Notes: generated by a model not told the origin, from the sequence alone. A stretch of DNA of 64,000 nucleotides from an uncultured Duncaniella sp. (GCF_910577345.1 NZ_CAJTMT010000004.1:75314-139313), one strand, 5' to 3'; positions 28,903 to 41,375 are shown, numbered from the stretch's first letter. Translations and numbers: made by a program.

Positions 28903-29084
28903 TTCAACGCAAACTCCTTTTCTGAAACATTAATTAAATTAAAAACCGAGTCGTTAACCCCTCGTTTTTGATTTGATTGGAAGGCTAAATCACAGGTTGA
29001 GTAAATGGCGCCCCGCAAGGGGAGGCCGTTGAAGATGAAAGATGCAGCAACCAAGCAACCAAAAACAAAACATTTGCTCTAAAA

Positions 29085-29561
29085 ATGAGAAAAGCAAAAC
29101 CTAAGAAACGGGTGATTCTCCCCGATCCCGTGTTCAATGACGTGAGAGTATCGAAGTTCGTCAACCATCTCATGTATGACGGAAAGAAGAATACTTCATA
29201 CACCATCTTCTATTCCGCTCTCGAACTCGTCAAGGCCAAGCTCCCCAACGAAGAGAAGACCGCACTTGAGATTTGGAAAAAGGCTCTCGAGAATGTTACT
29301 CCCCAGGTGGAAGTGAAGTCACGTCGCGTCGGCGGTGCAACCTTCCAGGTTCCTACCGAAATCCGTCCCGACCGTAAGGAATCTATCTCGATGAAAAACC
29401 TTATCCTCTATGCCCGCAAGCGTGGCGGCAAGACCATGGCTGACAAGCTGGCTGCCGAAATCGTAGACGCATTCAACGATCAGGGCGGTGCATACAAGCG
29501 TAAGGAAGATATGCACAAGATGGCTGAGGCCAACCGTGCTTTCGCTCACTTCCGCTTCTAA
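29085..29561 (+). CDS. rpsG: 30S ribosomal protein S7
   Basis: [25 protein letters not shown]. Confidence 0.98.
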   Translation: MRKAKPKKRVILPDPVFNDVRVSKFVNHLMYDGKKNTSYTIFYSALELVKAKLPNEEKTALEIWKKALENVTPQVEVKSRRVGGATFQVPTEIRPDRKESISMKNLILYARKRGGKTMADKLAAEIVDAFNDQGGAYKRKEDMHKMAEANRAFAHFRF

Positions 29562-29618
29562 GCCGAGGTTGAGAATCAACACGATATTTTCATTGAACAT
29601 TTAGATTCACAAAGAAAA

Positions 29619-31745
29619 ATGGCTAAATCAGACGCACATTTAAAATATACCCGTAACATCGGCATCATGGCTCACATCGATGCCGGTAAGACCACAACTT
29701 CCGAGCGTATCCTCTTCTATACCGGTCTTACCCACAAGATCGGTGAGGTTCATGACGGCGCAGCCACCATGGACTGGATGGAGCAGGAGCAGGAGCGTGG
29801 TATCACAATCACCTCTGCCGCTACCACCACTTTCTGGAAGTATGCCGGTGACCAGTTCAAGATCAACCTTATTGACACTCCGGGACACGTCGACTTCACT
29901 GTGGAAGTTGAACGTTCACTCCGTGTGCTCGACGGCGCTGTCGCTACATTCTGCGCCGTAGGTGGTGTTGAGCCCCAGTCAGAGACTGTATGGCGTCAGG
30001 CTGACAAGTACAACGTGCCCCGTATCGGTTACGTCAACAAGATGGACCGTTCAGGTGCAAACTTCTTTGAAGTTGTACGCCAGCTCAAGGACGTTCTCGG
30101 TGCCAACCCCTGTCCCATCCAGATTCCTGTCGGAGCTGAGGAGACATTCAAGGGTGTGGTTGACCTTATCAGAATGAAGGCTCTCTTCTGGCATGACGAA
30201 TCAATGGGTGCCGACTACTCTATCGAGGATATTCCTGCCGGTCTCGTTGAGGAAGCAGAAGAATGGCGTGACAAGATGCTTGAGAAGATCGCCGAATTCG
30301 ACGACGCTCTCATGGAGAAATATTTCGACGATCCCTCAACTATCACTGAGGATGAGATCCGTCGCGCTCTCCGCAACGCAACCCTCAAGATGGAGGTTGT
30401 CCCCATGATTTGCGGTTCTTCATTCAAGAACAAGGGCGTTCAGTGTCTCCTCGACGCTGTCTGCGCTTACCTCCCCAGCCCCGTTGACTCAGGTGCAGTT
30501 GAAGGAACCAATCCTGAGGATCCCGAGCAGGTTGAGACCCGCGAGCCCTCTTCGGAAGCTCCCATGTGTGCTCTCGCATTCAAGATCGCAACCGACCCCT
30601 ACGTTGGCCGTCTCACATTCTTCCGCGTTTACTCAGGCGACGTCGTTGCCGGCAGCTACGTTCTCAACAGCCGTTCAGGCAAGAAAGAGCGCGTGAGCCG
30701 TCTGTTCCAGATGCACTCCAACAAGCAGAACGCTAAGGAATCAATCGACTGCGGTGATATCGGCGCAGGTGTAGGTTTCAAGGATATCCGCACAGGTGAC
30801 ACCCTCTGCGACGAGAACCATCCTATCGTTCTCGAAGCTATGGAATTCCCCGAGCCCGTTATCGGTATCGCAGTTGAGCCCAAGACTCAGAAGGACCTCG
30901 ACAAACTCGGCGTCGGTCTCCAGAAGCTTGCTGAGGAAGACCCCACATTCCGCGTTGAGACCAATGAGGAAACCGGCCAGACCGTCATCTCCGGTATGGG
31001 TGAGCTTCACCTCGACATCATCATCGACCGTCTCCGTCGCGAGTTCAAGGTTGAATGTAACCAGGGCCGTCCTCAGGTAACTTACAAGGAAGCCATCACC
31101 AAGCCTGTTGAACTCCGCGAAGTGTTCAAGAAGCAGACCGGTGGTCGCGGTAAGTTCGCTGACATCATCGTCCGTGTTGAACCTGCTGATGACGATTTCG
31201 AAGGTTCACTCCAGTTTGTTGACGAGGTCAAGGGTGGTAACATTCCTAAGGAATTCATCCCCTCTATCCAGAAGGGCTTCACAACCGCTATGAAGAACGG
31301 TGTGCTTGCAGGCTATCCCCTCGATCGTCTCAAGGTGACTGTCATCGACGGTTCTTTCCACCCGGTTGACTCGGATCAGCTTTCATTCGAGCTCTGTGCC
31401 ATCCAGGCCTTCAAGAAGGCTTCTGAGAAGGCAGGTCCCGTGCTCCTCGAACCTATCTTCAAGGTAGAGGTCGTTACTCCCGAAGAGAGCATGGGTGACG
31501 TTATTGGTGACCTCAACAAGCGTCGTGGTCAGGTTGAAGGTATGGAAACAAGCCGCAGCGGTGCCCGCATCGTGAAGGCCAAGGCTCCTCTTGCCGAAAT
31601 GTTCGGTTATGTGACTGCCCTCCGTACCATCACTTCAGGCCGTGCAACCTCAACCATGACATTCAGCCACTATGCAGAGGTAAGCAGCTCTATCGCTAAG
31701 GCTGTTCTCACCGAATGCCAGGGCCGTGTTGACCTCATCAAGTAA
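29619..31745 (+). CDS. fusA: Elongation factor G
   Basis: [33 protein letters not shown]. Confidence 0.98.
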   Translation: MAKSDAHLKYTRNIGIMAHIDAGKTTTSERILFYTGLTHKIGEVHDGAATMDWMEQEQERGITITSAATTTFWKYAGDQFKINLIDTPGHVDFTVEVERSLRVLDGAVATFCAVGGVEPQSETVWRQADKYNVPRIGYVNKMDRSGANFFEVVRQLKDVLGANPCPIQIPVGAEETFKGVVDLIRMKALFWHDESMGADYSIEDIPAGLVEEAEEWRDKMLEKIAEFDDALMEKYFDDPSTITEDEIRRALRNATLKMEVVPMICGSSFKNKGVQCLLDAVCAYLPSPVDSGAVEGTNPEDPEQVETREPSSEAPMCALAFKIATDPYVGRLTFFRVYSGDVVAGSYVLNSRSGKKERVSRLFQMHSNKQNAKESIDCGDIGAGVGFKDIRTGDTLCDENHPIVLEAMEFPEPVIGIAVEPKTQKDLDKLGVGLQKLAEEDPTFRVETNEETGQTVISGMGELHLDIIIDRLRREFKVECNQGRPQVTYKEAITKPVELREVFKKQTGGRGKFADIIVRVEPADDDFEGSLQFVDEVKGGNIPKEFIPSIQKGFTTAMKNGVLAGYPLDRLKVTVIDGSFHPVDSDQLSFELCAIQAFKKASEKAGPVLLEPIFKVEVVTPEESMGDVIGDLNKRRGQVEGMETSRSGARIVKAKAPLAEMFGYVTALRTITSGRATSTMTFSHYAEVSSSIAKAVLTECQGRVDLIK

Positions 31746-31772
31746 GACAAACACTTTCATTCAACAAAAGAT

Positions 31773-32078
31773 ATGGACCAAACAATCAGAATCAAACTTA
31801 AATCTTATGATTACAACTTGGTTGACAAGTCGGCCGAGAAGATTGTGAAGACCGTAAAAGCTACCGGCGCAGTGATCAGCGGACCTATTCCGCTGCCCAC
31901 TCACCGCCGCGTCTTCACCGTCAACCGCTCGACTTTCGTCAACAAGAAGTCACGCGAGCAGTTCCAGCTTTCGTCCTACAAGCGTCTTATCGACATTCAC
32001 AATTCGACCGGCAAGACCGTCGACGCTCTCATGAAGCTCGAACTTCCCTCAGGCGTAGAAGTAGAAATCAAGGTGTAA
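31773..32078 (+). CDS. rpsJ: 30S ribosomal protein S10
   Basis: [22 protein letters not shown]. Confidence 0.97.
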   Translation: MDQTIRIKLKSYDYNLVDKSAEKIVKTVKATGAVISGPIPLPTHRRVFTVNRSTFVNKKSREQFQLSSYKRLIDIHNSTGKTVDALMKLELPSGVEVEIKV

Positions 32079-32164
32079 TCAACCGGGTAGATATTAAATA
32101 CCGAAAGATTAAGTAAAATCACAACAAACTCCCACAACAGTTCACATTTTTAAATCAAAGAGAA

Positions 32165-32782
32165 ATGCCAGGATTATTAGGAAAGAAAATCGGAATGACA
32201 TCCGTTTTCAGTGCCGACGGCAAGAACGTGCCGTGCACTGTTATCGAAGTAGGCCCCTGCGTAGTTACTCAGATTAAGACGGCTGACAAAGACGGTTATG
32301 AGGCCGTGCAGCTTGGCTTCGTAGAGAAGAAGGACAAGCACACAACTGCACCTCTCGCCGGTCACTTCAAGAAAGCCGGAGTAGCTCCCCAGCGCCACTT
32401 GGCCGAGTTCAAAGGATTTGACGGCGAGTACAATCTCGGTGACACCATCACCGTTGACCTCTTCAACGAGAATGACTTCGTCGACATCCAGGGTACCTCG
32501 AAGGGTAAAGGTTTCCAGGGTGTGGTTAAGCGCCACGGTTTCGGTGGTGTAGGCCAGAGCACCCACGGTCAGCACAACCGCCTTCGCGCTCCCGGTTCGG
32601 TCGGCGCCTGCTCATATCCCGCAAAGGTGTTCAAAGGCATGCGCATGGCAGGCCAGATGGGCAACGAGAAAGTGACAATTCAAAACCTCCAGGTGCTTAA
32701 GGTGATCGCAGACCACAACCTGCTCCTCATCAAAGGCTCAATCCCCGGAAGTAAAGGTTCAATCGTTTTAATTGAGAAATAA
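32165..32782 (+). CDS. rplC: 50S ribosomal protein L3
   Basis: [20 protein letters not shown]. Confidence 0.97.
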   Translation: MPGLLGKKIGMTSVFSADGKNVPCTVIEVGPCVVTQIKTADKDGYEAVQLGFVEKKDKHTTAPLAGHFKKAGVAPQRHLAEFKGFDGEYNLGDTITVDLFNENDFVDIQGTSKGKGFQGVVKRHGFGGVGQSTHGQHNRLRAPGSVGACSYPAKVFKGMRMAGQMGNEKVTIQNLQVLKVIADHNLLLIKGSIPGSKGSIVLIEK

Positions 32783-33402
32783 TGGAAGTCGCAATTTACA
32801 ATATCAAAGGTGAAGACACCGGTCGCAAGGCACAGCTCAGCGACGAAGTTTTTGCAGTAGATGCAAACGAGCACGCCGTTTATCTCGATGTGAAGCAGTA
32901 TCTCGCCAATCAGCGTCAGGGTACTCACAAATCCAAGGAACGCAGCGAAGTTTCAGGTTCGACCCGCAAGCTCCACAAGCAGAAGGGTGGCGGCGGCAGC
33001 CGTATCGGTGACATCAACTCACCCGTCCTCGTAGGTGGTGGCCGCGTGTTCGGTCCCCGTCCCCGTGACTATCGCTTCAAGTTGAATAAGAAAGTGAAGC
33101 AGCTCGCCCGCAAGAGTGCGTTGACCTATAAAGTTCAGGATTCTCAGCTCATCGTCGTTGAAGACTTCAACTTCGAGGCTCCGAAGACTAAAGATTTCGT
33201 AAATTTTGCTAAAAATCTTAAAGTTGAGGGCAAAAAAATCCTGCTCGTTTTACCGGGTCAAAATAAAAACGTAACTTTGTCGGCCCGTAATGTTCCCGAT
33301 GCCTCTACAATGGCTGCATCGGATCTCAACACTTACGCGCTCATGAACTCCAACGCTGTTATCGTAACCGAGAGCAGCCTTGATTTCATTAATAAACTTT
33401 AA
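32782..33402 (+). CDS. rplD: 50S ribosomal protein L4
   Basis: [26 protein letters not shown]. Confidence 0.97.
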   Translation: MEVAIYNIKGEDTGRKAQLSDEVFAVDANEHAVYLDVKQYLANQRQGTHKSKERSEVSGSTRKLHKQKGGGGSRIGDINSPVLVGGGRVFGPRPRDYRFKLNKKVKQLARKSALTYKVQDSQLIVVEDFNFEAPKTKDFVNFAKNLKVEGKKILLVLPGQNKNVTLSARNVPDASTMAASDLNTYALMNSNAVIVTESSLDFINKL

Positions 33403-33428
33403 CCTCACCAGAGAAAACAGCAGCAACA

Positions 33429-33719
33429 ATGGAAATCTCAATCAAACCCATCGTAACAGAGAAGGCAAGCAATCTCACTGAGAAGCTTAACCGCTACACC
33501 TTCGCCGTTTCTCCCGAGGCCAACAAGTATCAGATCAAGTCGCTCATCGAGAACCTCTATGGCGTAAAGGTAGTTCGCGTAAACACCATCAATGTCCGCA
33601 GCAAGAACAAGTCTCGCTGGACCAAGAGCGGTCTGCTCCGTGGCAAGACCGCCGCTTGGAAGAAAGCCATCGTGACAGTTGCCGAAGGACAGAATATTGA
33701 CTTCTATAGCAATATCTAA
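33429..33719 (+). CDS. rplW: 50S ribosomal protein L23
   Basis: PIVTEK, ANKYQIK, WKKAIVT; operon position. Confidence 0.95.
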   Translation: MEISIKPIVTEKASNLTEKLNRYTFAVSPEANKYQIKSLIENLYGVKVVRVNTINVRSKNKSRWTKSGLLRGKTAAWKKAIVTVAEGQNIDFYSNI

Positions 33720-33726
33720 ATAAAAA

Positions 33727-34554
33727 ATGGCAGTAAGAAAATTCAAGCCCACAACACCTGGGCAGAGACACAAAGTTATCGGTGTATTTAAAGGTACCAT
33801 CACTGCTACTACACCGGAAAAATCTCTTACAGTCGGCAAAAAGGCCTCCGGAGGACGTAACTCCGAAGGCCATCTCACCACCCGCTACCTTGGTGGTGGC
33901 CACAAGCGTAAATATCGCATCATTGACTTTAAGAGAACCAAAGACGGTGTTCCCGCAGTAGTAAAGAGCATCGAGTACGATCCTAACCGTTCGGCCCGCA
34001 TCGCCCTCCTTTACTACAAAGACGGTGCTAAAGCTTACATCATTGCACCCAACGGCTTAAAGGTTGGTGATGAGATTCTTTCAGGACCCGAGGCTCAGCC
34101 GGAAGTAGGAAACTGCCTCCCCTTGGCCAACATTCCTGTAGGTACACTCATCCACAACATTGAGTTGCGTCCCGGCCAGGGCGCTTTCATGGCCCGTTCA
34201 GCTGGCACATTCGCTCAGCTCGTATCGCGTGAAGGCACCTACGCCATCGTCAAATTACCTTCGGGTGAAACCCGCAAGATCCTCGCCGCATGTCGCGCCA
34301 CTGTCGGTGTTGTCGGCAACTCCGAGCACTCCCTCGAGCGTTCTGGTAAAGCAGGTCGTTCACGCTGGCTCGGCCGTCGTCCCCGCAACCGCGGCGTAGT
34401 CATGAACCCTGTCGATCACCCCATGGGTGGTGGTGAAGGCCGCGCTTCCGGTGGTCATCCCCGTTCTCGCAAGGGTCTTTACGCTAAGGGTCTCAAGACT
34501 CGTGCCCCGAAGAAACATTCTTCGAAGTACATCATTGAAAGAAGAAAAAAGTAA
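33727..34554 (+). CDS. rplB: 50S ribosomal protein L2
   Basis: [21 protein letters not shown]. Confidence 0.98.
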   Translation: MAVRKFKPTTPGQRHKVIGVFKGTITATTPEKSLTVGKKASGGRNSEGHLTTRYLGGGHKRKYRIIDFKRTKDGVPAVVKSIEYDPNRSARIALLYYKDGAKAYIIAPNGLKVGDEILSGPEAQPEVGNCLPLANIPVGTLIHNIELRPGQGAFMARSAGTFAQLVSREGTYAIVKLPSGETRKILAACRATVGVVGNSEHSLERSGKAGRSRWLGRRPRNRGVVMNPVDHPMGGGEGRASGGHPRSRKGLYAKGLKTRAPKKHSSKYIIERRKK

Positions 34555-34580
34555 TCTGATTTAAATTAGCAACACTTATC

Positions 34581-34850
34581 ATGAGTCGTTCATTAAAAAA
34601 AGGCCCGTTTATCAGCGTGAAGCTCGAAAAGAAGGTCGCTGCAATGGAAGAGAGCGGTAAGAAGTCGGTCATCAAGACATGGAGCCGCGCTTCTATGATC
34701 GCCCCCGAATTTGTAGGTCACACTTTCGCAGTTCACAACGGTAACAAATTTATCCCTGTCTACGTTACTGAAAACATGGTCGGCCACAAGCTCGGAGAGT
34801 TCGCTCCCACCCGTACCTTCCGTGGTCACTCCGGTAACCGCAAGAAATAA
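34581..34850 (+). CDS. rpsS: 30S ribosomal protein S19
   Basis: [19 protein letters not shown]. Confidence 0.98.
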   Translation: MSRSLKKGPFISVKLEKKVAAMEESGKKSVIKTWSRASMIAPEFVGHTFAVHNGNKFIPVYVTENMVGHKLGEFAPTRTFRGHSGNRKK

Positions 34851-34904
34851 TTTGGGCCCTGATATAACTAATTCATTTGTAAAAAAGAAAAGAATTACAA
34901 TAAA

Positions 34905-35315
34905 ATGGGTGTAAGAAAAAGAAATTCAGCCGACCTCAGGAAAGCCGAACAGAAGACGGTAGCTTTCGCAAAGCTCCTCAACATCCCTACCTCTCCCCGT
35001 AAGATGCGCCTTGTCGCTGACATGGTCCGCGGGGTCGAGGTTAACCGTGCACTCGGCATCCTGAAATTTTCAAACAAGGAAGCGGCTGCCCGCCTCGAAA
35101 AGCTCCTCCGTTCGGCAATCGCCAACTGGGAAGCCAAGAACGAACGTAAAGCCGACGCCGGCGAGCTCTATGTCAGCACTATCTATGTGAACTGTGCTCC
35201 TATGCTCAAGCGTCTGCGCACCGCTCCTCAGGGCCGTGGCTACCGTATCCGCAAACGCGCAAACCACGTCACATTGATTGTTGACACAATTGATAACAAA
35301 AACGCTAAAGCTTAA
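34905..35315 (+). CDS. rplV: 50S ribosomal protein L22
   Basis: [24 protein letters not shown]. Confidence 0.96.
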   Translation: MGVRKRNSADLRKAEQKTVAFAKLLNIPTSPRKMRLVADMVRGVEVNRALGILKFSNKEAAARLEKLLRSAIANWEAKNERKADAGELYVSTIYVNCAPMLKRLRTAPQGRGYRIRKRANHVTLIVDTIDNKNAKA

Positions 35316-35318
35316 CAA

Positions 35319-36053
35319 ATGGGACAGAAAGTAAATCCAATCAGCAATCGCTTGGGAGTTATCCGTGGATGGGACTCTAACTGGTATGGCGGTAAGAAAT
35401 ACGGCGATACTCTGCTCGAGGACTCCAAACTCCGCAAGTATCTCAATGTCCGCCTTGCAAAGTCAAGCGTTTCGCGCATCGTCATCGAGCGCACCATGAA
35501 GCTCATCACCATCACTGTCTGCACCTCGCGTCCCGGTCTCATCATCGGCAAGGGCGGTGCTGAAGTCGACAAGCTGAAGGAAGAGCTCAAGAAGATCACC
35601 GACAAGGATGTCCAGATCAACATCTACGAAGTTAAGCGTCCAGAACTCGACGCTCAGATCGTAGCTTCAACCATCGCCCGTCAGATCGAAGGTAAGATCG
35701 CTTACCGCCGTGCTGTCAAGATGGCCGTTGCATCTACCATGCGCGCCGGTGCAGAAGGCATCAAGGTTCAGGTTTCAGGTCGTCTCAATGGCGCTGAAAT
35801 GGCCCGTTCCGAAATGTTTAAGGAAGGCCGTACGCCCCTCCACACCCTCCGTGCTGACATCGACTACGCTCTCGTAGAAGCTCACACTAAGGTTGGTGTT
35901 ATCGGCGTTAAGGTTTGGATCTGCCGCGGTGAGGTTTACGGCAAGCGTGACCTCGCTCCCCAGTATACCAATACCCAGAAGGACAGCCGCAACTCATCTT
36001 CAAACGGTGCTCCCCGTCGTGGCGGTTTCCGCAAACCCAAAAACAACCGTTAA
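35319..36053 (+). CDS. rpsC: 30S ribosomal protein S3
   Basis: [28 protein letters not shown]. Confidence 0.98.
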   Translation: MGQKVNPISNRLGVIRGWDSNWYGGKKYGDTLLEDSKLRKYLNVRLAKSSVSRIVIERTMKLITITVCTSRPGLIIGKGGAEVDKLKEELKKITDKDVQINIYEVKRPELDAQIVASTIARQIEGKIAYRRAVKMAVASTMRAGAEGIKVQVSGRLNGAEMARSEMFKEGRTPLHTLRADIDYALVEAHTKVGVIGVKVWICRGEVYGKRDLAPQYTNTQKDSRNSSSNGAPRRGGFRKPKNNR

Positions 36054-36077
36054 ACCCACAATTGATTCAACAACACA

Positions 36078-36509
36078 ATGTTACAACCTAAGAAAACCAA
36101 ATTTCGCCGCGCGCAAAAAGGCCGCATGAAAGGCATTGCGCAGCGTGGCAACCAGTTGGCCTTCGGTTCGTTCGGCATCAAGACCCTCGAGTCTAAGTGG
36201 ATCACCGGTCGCCAGATTGAAGCCGCCCGTATCGCTGTGACACGTTATATGCAGCGTCAGGGTCAAATCTGGATTCGCATCTTCCCTGACAAACCCATCA
36301 CCAAGAAGCCCGCTGAGGTTCGTATGGGTAAAGGTAAGGGTGCTCCCGAAGGATTCGTTGCCCCCGTTACTCCCGGCCGCATCATCATAGAGGTTGAAGG
36401 CGTTCCCTACGACATCGCTAAGGAAGCACTCCGCCTCGCAGCTCAAAAACTCCCCGTGACCACTAAATTCATTGTGCGTCGCGATTATGACCCAACTCAA
36501 AATGTGTAA
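36078..36509 (+). CDS. rplP: 50S ribosomal protein L16
   Basis: QIEAAR, RMGKGKG. Confidence 0.98.
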   Translation: MLQPKKTKFRRAQKGRMKGIAQRGNQLAFGSFGIKTLESKWITGRQIEAARIAVTRYMQRQGQIWIRIFPDKPITKKPAEVRMGKGKGAPEGFVAPVTPGRIIIEVEGVPYDIAKEALRLAAQKLPVTTKFIVRRDYDPTQNV

Positions 36510-36515
36510 CCCGTC

Positions 36516-36713
36516 ATGAAGAAAGAATCATTCACTGAAGTCAGCACTCAGGACCTCCGCGACCGCCTGGCTGAGATGGAGAAGGACTACACCCAGCTCA
36601 AGATCAACCACGCTATCTCGCCCCTTGACAGCCCCGCTAAGATTACACATGCACGCAAGGCTATCGCTCGCGTAAAGACAGAGTTGCGTCAGCGCGAACT
36701 TAACAACAAATAA
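36516..36713 (+). CDS. rpmC: 50S ribosomal protein L29
   Basis: RKAIARVKT; operon position. Confidence 0.92.
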   Translation: MKKESFTEVSTQDLRDRLAEMEKDYTQLKINHAISPLDSPAKITHARKAIARVKTELRQRELNNK

Positions 36714-36724
36714 ACTCCCCACAA

Positions 36725-36982
36725 ATGGAAAAGAGAAATTTAAGAAAAGAACGCATCGGGGTTGTTTCGAGCAACAAGGGTGACAAGACCATCACCGTAA
36801 TGGTGAAGTGGAAAGAGAAGCACCCCATCTATGGCAAATTTGTCAACAAAACCAAGAAATATCACGCTCACGACGAAAAGAACGAATGTTCAGTCGGCGA
36901 CACCGTCCGCCTCATGGAGACCCGTCCCCTCAGCAAGACCAAGCGCTGGCGCCTCGTGGAAATCATCGAAAAAGTGAAATAA
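36725..36982 (+). CDS. rpsQ: 30S ribosomal protein S17
   Basis: [21 protein letters not shown]. Confidence 0.97.
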   Translation: MEKRNLRKERIGVVSSNKGDKTITVMVKWKEKHPIYGKFVNKTKKYHAHDEKNECSVGDTVRLMETRPLSKTKRWRLVEIIEKVK

Positions 36983-36985
36983 ACT

Positions 36986-37354
36986 ATGATACAGACTGAA
37001 AGCCGTTTAACAGTAGCCGACAACAGCGGTGCTAAAGAAGCCCTCTGCATCCACGTCCTTGGTGGAACCGGCCGTCGTTATGCCTCTGTAGGTGACATCA
37101 TTGTCGTTTCTGTCAAGAGTGTCATCCCCTCATCAGACGTTAAGAAAGGCACAGTGTCGAAGGCAGTGGTGGTCCGCACCAAGAAGGAAATCCGCCGCCC
37201 CGACGGATCATATATCCGCTTCGATGACAATGCGTGTGTGCTTCTCAACAATGCAGGCGAACTCCGCGGAACCCGTATCTTCGGCCCCGTTGCCCGTGAG
37301 CTCCGTGCCGCCAACCAGATGAAGATCGTTTCACTCGCACCCGAAGTCCTCTAA
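36986..37354 (+). CDS. rplN: 50S ribosomal protein L14
   Basis: [23 protein letters not shown]. Confidence 0.98.
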   Translation: MIQTESRLTVADNSGAKEALCIHVLGGTGRRYASVGDIIVVSVKSVIPSSDVKKGTVSKAVVVRTKKEIRRPDGSYIRFDDNACVLLNNAGELRGTRIFGPVARELRAANQMKIVSLAPEVL

Positions 37355-37384
37355 TCATCTTAACCGTCAAAAACAATAAACGTA

Positions 37385-37705
37385 ATGAGCAAATCACATA
37401 TCAAGAAAGGCGACATCGTCTATGTTCTTGCCGGCGAAGACCGTGGCAAGGAGGGTCGTGTGCTCAAGGTTCTCGTGCAGAAGCAGAAGGCCATCGTTGA
37501 AGGTATCAACATGGTGACCAAGGCTACCAAGCCCAATGCACAGCACCCCCAGGGAGGCCTCATCAAGATGGAAGCTCCCATCCACATCTCCAACCTTTCA
37601 CTCATCGACCCCAAGTCTGGCAAGCCCACCCGCGTGAGCTGCCGTCGTGATGAAAAAGGCAATGTAATCCGTATTTCTAAAAAATCAGGAGAGGAAATTA
37701 AGTAA
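37385..37705 (+). CDS. rplX: 50S ribosomal protein L24
   Basis: [20 protein letters not shown]. Confidence 0.97.
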   Translation: MSKSHIKKGDIVYVLAGEDRGKEGRVLKVLVQKQKAIVEGINMVTKATKPNAQHPQGGLIKMEAPIHISNLSLIDPKSGKPTRVSCRRDEKGNVIRISKKSGEEIK

Positions 37706-38256
37706 TGAGCACCGAAGCAGTTAAAAAAGACTATAAGGAACGCATCGTTCCCGCCCTGACAGAGAAGTTCAACTACACCACACCCATGCAGGTGCCCAAG
37801 TTGAAGAAAATCGTCATCAACCAGGGTCTCGGCGCAGCTACTCAGGACAAGAAACTCATTGAGACCGCTATCAACGAGCTCACTGCAATCACCGGTCAGA
37901 AGGCTGTCGCTACCCTCTCACGCAAGGACATCTCTAACTTCAAACTCCGTAAGAAGATGCCTATCGGCGTGATGGTGACTCTCCGTCGTGAGAAAATGTA
38001 TGAATTCCTCGAGCGCCTCATCCGTGTGGCCCTCCCCCGTATCCGTGACTTCAAAGGTATCGACAGCAAGCTCGACGGCCGTGGTAACTACACCCTCGGT
38101 ATCACTGAGCAGATCATCTTCCCCGAAATCAACATCGATACCATCAACAAGCTCATGGGTATGAACATCACCTTCGTTACTTCGGCCAACACCGACGAAG
38201 AAGGTTATGCTCTTCTCAAGGAATTCGGTCTCCCTTTCAAAAACGCTAAAAACTAA
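37705..38256 (+). CDS. rplE: 50S ribosomal protein L5
   Basis: [20 protein letters not shown]. Confidence 0.98.
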   Translation: MSTEAVKKDYKERIVPALTEKFNYTTPMQVPKLKKIVINQGLGAATQDKKLIETAINELTAITGQKAVATLSRKDISNFKLRKKMPIGVMVTLRREKMYEFLERLIRVALPRIRDFKGIDSKLDGRGNYTLGITEQIIFPEINIDTINKLMGMNITFVTSANTDEEGYALLKEFGLPFKNAKN

Positions 38257-38265
38257 GCTTAAGCT

Positions 38266-38535
38266 ATGGCAAAAGAATCAATGAAGGCACGCGAGGTAAA
38301 ACGCGCTAAGCTCGTTGCCAAGTATGCCAAGAAGAAAGCCGAACTCAAGGCTGCCGGTGACTACGAAGGTCTCCAGCTCCTCCCGAAGAACGCTTCTACC
38401 GTACGCCTCCACAACCGTTGCTCAATCACCGGTCGTCCCAAAGGCTACATGCGTCAGTTCGGTATTTCACGTATTCAGTTCCGCGAAATGGCTTCTGCCG
38501 GTCTCATCCCCGGTGTGAAGAAGGCTTCTTGGTAA
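38266..38535 (+). CDS. rpsN: 30S ribosomal protein S14 (89-aa zinc-free type)
   Basis: [19 protein letters not shown]. Confidence 0.97.
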   Translation: MAKESMKAREVKRAKLVAKYAKKKAELKAAGDYEGLQLLPKNASTVRLHNRCSITGRPKGYMRQFGISRIQFREMASAGLIPGVKKASW

Positions 38536-38846
38536 GCCACTGTTTGGGCTGAATGGCCTCGACAAAGCCATCTAAGCTTTTCCAGCACTCTGTTTCCTGA
38601 CAGTCGACGGCTCGAGAGTCGTTACCTCTAAGCGGAGTCCCGGTCAGAAAGTTACTCCTAATCCCGCTTGACCAGGCCCGCAGCCGTCCGACATGAAGGA
38701 ACCTTTTTTCAGAAGCTGATAGCCGGACGCCCCGACACCCTTTCGTCAATCCCCCCTCTCCACCTCTCACCTCTAAAGCTCCAAAGAATCACAGTGAGTA
38801 TTAAATATTGTTGGGAAAATCCCAATCAATTTAAACATTTTTCAAA

Positions 38847-39245
38847 ATGACTGATCCTATAGCAGATTATCTGACAAGATTGAGAAATGCAATCAAAGCC
38901 AACCACCGTGTGGTAGAGATTCCTGCCTCAAACTTGAAGCGAGAGATCACCAAGATTCTCTTCGAACAAGGCTACATCCTCAACTACAAGTTTGAGGAGA
39001 GCGAAAATCCCGCCGGCACAATCAAGATTGCCCTCAAGTACGATCCCGTTGACAAGGTCAACGCTATCAAGAACCTTGAGCGCGTATCGCGTCCCGGTCT
39101 CCGCCGTTATACCGGCTACAAAGATATGCCTCGTGTGTTGAACGGACTCGGCATCGCCATCCTCTCAACCTCGAAGGGTGTGATGACTAACAAGAAGGCC
39201 CGCGACCTTAAGATCGGTGGCGAGGTCCTTTGCTACGTTTACTAA
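38847..39245 (+). CDS. rpsH: 30S ribosomal protein S8
   Basis: DPIADYLTRLRNA, SRPGLR, GGEVLC. Confidence 0.98.
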   Translation: MTDPIADYLTRLRNAIKANHRVVEIPASNLKREITKILFEQGYILNYKFEESENPAGTIKIALKYDPVDKVNAIKNLERVSRPGLRRYTGYKDMPRVLNGLGIAILSTSKGVMTNKKARDLKIGGEVLCYVY

Positions 39246-39267
39246 TCAATAAGGAGGATACATAATT

Positions 39268-39825
39268 ATGTCAAGAATAGGTAAAGCTCCCATTGAGATC
39301 CCCGCAGGTGTACAGGTCACCGTCGACAAGGATAATGTAGTAACCGTAAAAGGTCCTAAAGGCACCCTTACTCAGAAAGTAAATCCCGACCTCGAAGTGA
39401 AGGTTGAAGACAACCATATCGTTGTCACCCGTCCCAGCGACGACCGCGAGCACCGCGCTCAGCACGGTCTCTACCGCGCTCTCCTTCACAACATGGTTGT
39501 TGGTGTTTCTACCGGCTATCGTAAGGAAATGGAATTAGTTGGTGTGGGTTACCGCGCCGCCGCCACCGGTCAGGTGCTTGAGCTCTCGCTCGGTTATTCA
39601 CACGCTATATATATCAAGCTTCCCCCCGAAGTTAAGGTTGAAGCTAAGAGCGAGCGTAACAAGAATCCTCTCATCATCCTCGAGAGCGACGACAAGCAGC
39701 TCCTCGGCCAGGTGTGTGCCAAGATCCGTTCACTCCGCAAGCCTGAACCCTACAAGGGCAAAGGTATCAAGTTTGTGGGCGAAATTATCCGTCGCAAGTC
39801 GGGTAAGTCGGCAAGTGCTAAATAA
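39268..39825 (+). CDS. rplF: 50S ribosomal protein L6
   Basis: [20 protein letters not shown]. Confidence 0.98.
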   Translation: MSRIGKAPIEIPAGVQVTVDKDNVVTVKGPKGTLTQKVNPDLEVKVEDNHIVVTRPSDDREHRAQHGLYRALLHNMVVGVSTGYRKEMELVGVGYRAAATGQVLELSLGYSHAIYIKLPPEVKVEAKSERNKNPLIILESDDKQLLGQVCAKIRSLRKPEPYKGKGIKFVGEIIRRKSGKSASAK

Positions 39826-39842
39826 TTAAATTGATTAAAACA

Positions 39843-40184
39843 ATGGTTTCTAAGATACAACGTAGAAATAAAATCAAGGCCCGCATCCGTGGCAAGATTT
39901 CCGGCACCGCCTCTCGTCCCCGCATGTCGGTTTTCCGCAGCAACAAGCAGATTTATGTCCAGCTCATCGACGACCTCGCAGGAACTACTCTCTGCGCAAC
40001 TTCGTCAAAGGGCATTGAAGAGGGCACCAAGTGTGAAATCGCAGCCAAGGTTGGCGAAGCCATCGCTCAGAAGGCTCTCGCAGCAGGTATCACCGAAGTC
40101 GTTTTCGACCGTAACGGTTACCTCTTCCACGGCAGAGTAAAATCATTGGCAGATGCCGCACGCAAAGGCGGCCTTAAATTCTAA
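39843..40184 (+). CDS. rplR: 50S ribosomal protein L18
   Basis: Start moved to ATG 39843. [23 protein letters not shown]. Confidence 0.96.
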   Translation: MVSKIQRRNKIKARIRGKISGTASRPRMSVFRSNKQIYVQLIDDLAGTTLCATSSKGIEEGTKCEIAAKVGEAIAQKALAAGITEVVFDRNGYLFHGRVKSLADAARKGGLKF

Positions 40185-40190
40185 GAAGAT

Positions 40191-40709
40191 ATGGCAAATA
40201 AGAACAATAAAGTAAAGTCTACTAACGATCTCGAACTCAAGGATCGTCTGGTTGCCATCAACCGCGTTACCAAGGTGACAAAAGGTGGCCGCACCTTTAC
40301 ATTTGCTGCCATCGTTGTCGTTGGTAATGAAAACGGCATCGTAGGCTGGGGTCTCGGCAAAGCCAATGAAGTTCAGGCTGCTATCGCTAAGGGCGTAGAG
40401 TCTGCAAAGAAGAATCTCATCAAGGTTCCCGTTCACCGTGGCACCATCCCCCACGAGCAGTTCGCAAAGTTCGGCGGTTCTCGCGTCATCCTCAAGCCCG
40501 CAAGCCACGGTACCGGTGTTAAGGCCGGTGGTGCGATGCGTGCCGTGCTTGAGAGCGTAGGTATCACCGACGTGCTCGCTAAGTCAAAGGGTTCTTCCAA
40601 CCCCCACAACCTCGTCAAGGCTACCATCGCCGCTCTCGGCGAAATGCGTTCACCCGCTCAGGTGGCTCAGAACCGTGGTATCTCAATCGAACAAGTGTTT
40701 AACGGCTAA
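40191..40709 (+). CDS. rpsE: 30S ribosomal protein S5
   Basis: [18 protein letters not shown]. Confidence 0.98.
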   Translation: MANKNNKVKSTNDLELKDRLVAINRVTKVTKGGRTFTFAAIVVVGNENGIVGWGLGKANEVQAAIAKGVESAKKNLIKVPVHRGTIPHEQFAKFGGSRVILKPASHGTGVKAGGAMRAVLESVGITDVLAKSKGSSNPHNLVKATIAALGEMRSPAQVAQNRGISIEQVFNG

Positions 40710-40724
40710 TCCTCCATATATCAA

Positions 40725-40904
40725 ATGGCAAAAATTAAAATCACCCAGATCAAGAGCCGCATCAACGCACCCGCTGTTCAGAAGCGCACCCTTGATGCTC
40801 TCGGCCTGAGAAAAATGAATCATTCGGTTGTCCTCGAGGACACCCCCTCTATCATGGGTATGGTTAAAGCAGTCAGCCACTTGGTAAAAGTGACCAACGC
40901 CTAA
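40725..40904 (+). CDS. rpmD: 50S ribosomal protein L30 (59 aa, absent from the ORF track)
   Basis: Manual translation MAKIKITQIKSRINAPAVQKRTLDALGLRKMNHSV...VSHLVKVTNA; lies between rpsE and rplO. Confidence 0.95.
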   Translation: MAKIKITQIKSRINAPAVQKRTLDALGLRKMNHSVVLEDTPSIMGMVKAVSHLVKVTNA

Positions 40905-40928
40905 TTTCTAAAAATCATTAACACAACT

Positions 40929-41375
40929 ATGGATTTAAGCAATTTAAAACCCGCTGTAGGCTCTGTGCAGAAGAAAACCCGCATCGGCCGTGGTGCCGGT
41001 TCCGGCAAGGGTGGTACATCTACCCGTGGTCACAAAGGTGCAAAGTCTCGTTCAGGCTACAGCCGTAAGATAGGCTTCGAAGGTGGTCAGATGCCTCTTC
41101 AGCGTCGCCTCCCCAAATTCGGTTTCAAGCCCCTGTCACGCACTGAATACAAGGCTGTCAACCTCGTTGACCTCGAAAACCTTGCAAACAGCGCCAACCT
41201 CGACAAGATCGGTGTGGCAGAGCTCATCGCTGCAGGTGTCGTTAACGGCAAGCAGCCCGTTAAGATCCTTGCCAACGGCAAGCTCACCAAAAAGCTCACC
41301 GTTGAGGCAAATGCTTTCTCCGCTGCCGCTGAGAAGGCAATCGTTGAAGCCGGAGGCTCTATCAATAAAATTTAA
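40929..41375 (+). CDS. rplO: 50S ribosomal protein L15
   Basis: GRGAGSGKG, FEGGQMPLQRRLPKFGF. Confidence 0.98.
   Translation: MDLSNLKPAVGSVQKKTRIGRGAGSGKGGTSTRGHKGAKSRSGYSRKIGFEGGQMPLQRRLPKFGFKPLSRTEYKAVNLVDLENLANSANLDKIGVAELIAAGVVNGKQPVKILANGKLTKKLTVEANAFSAAAEKAIVEAGGSINKI

Noticed and set aside
31745..31773. Absence of tuf after fusA; map inside the spc operon
   Set aside because: Normal gene order for Bacteroidota.
38504..38850. ORFs in the rpsN-rpsH spacer
   Set aside because: Non-ATG starts, no motifs, and codon usage unlike the operon.
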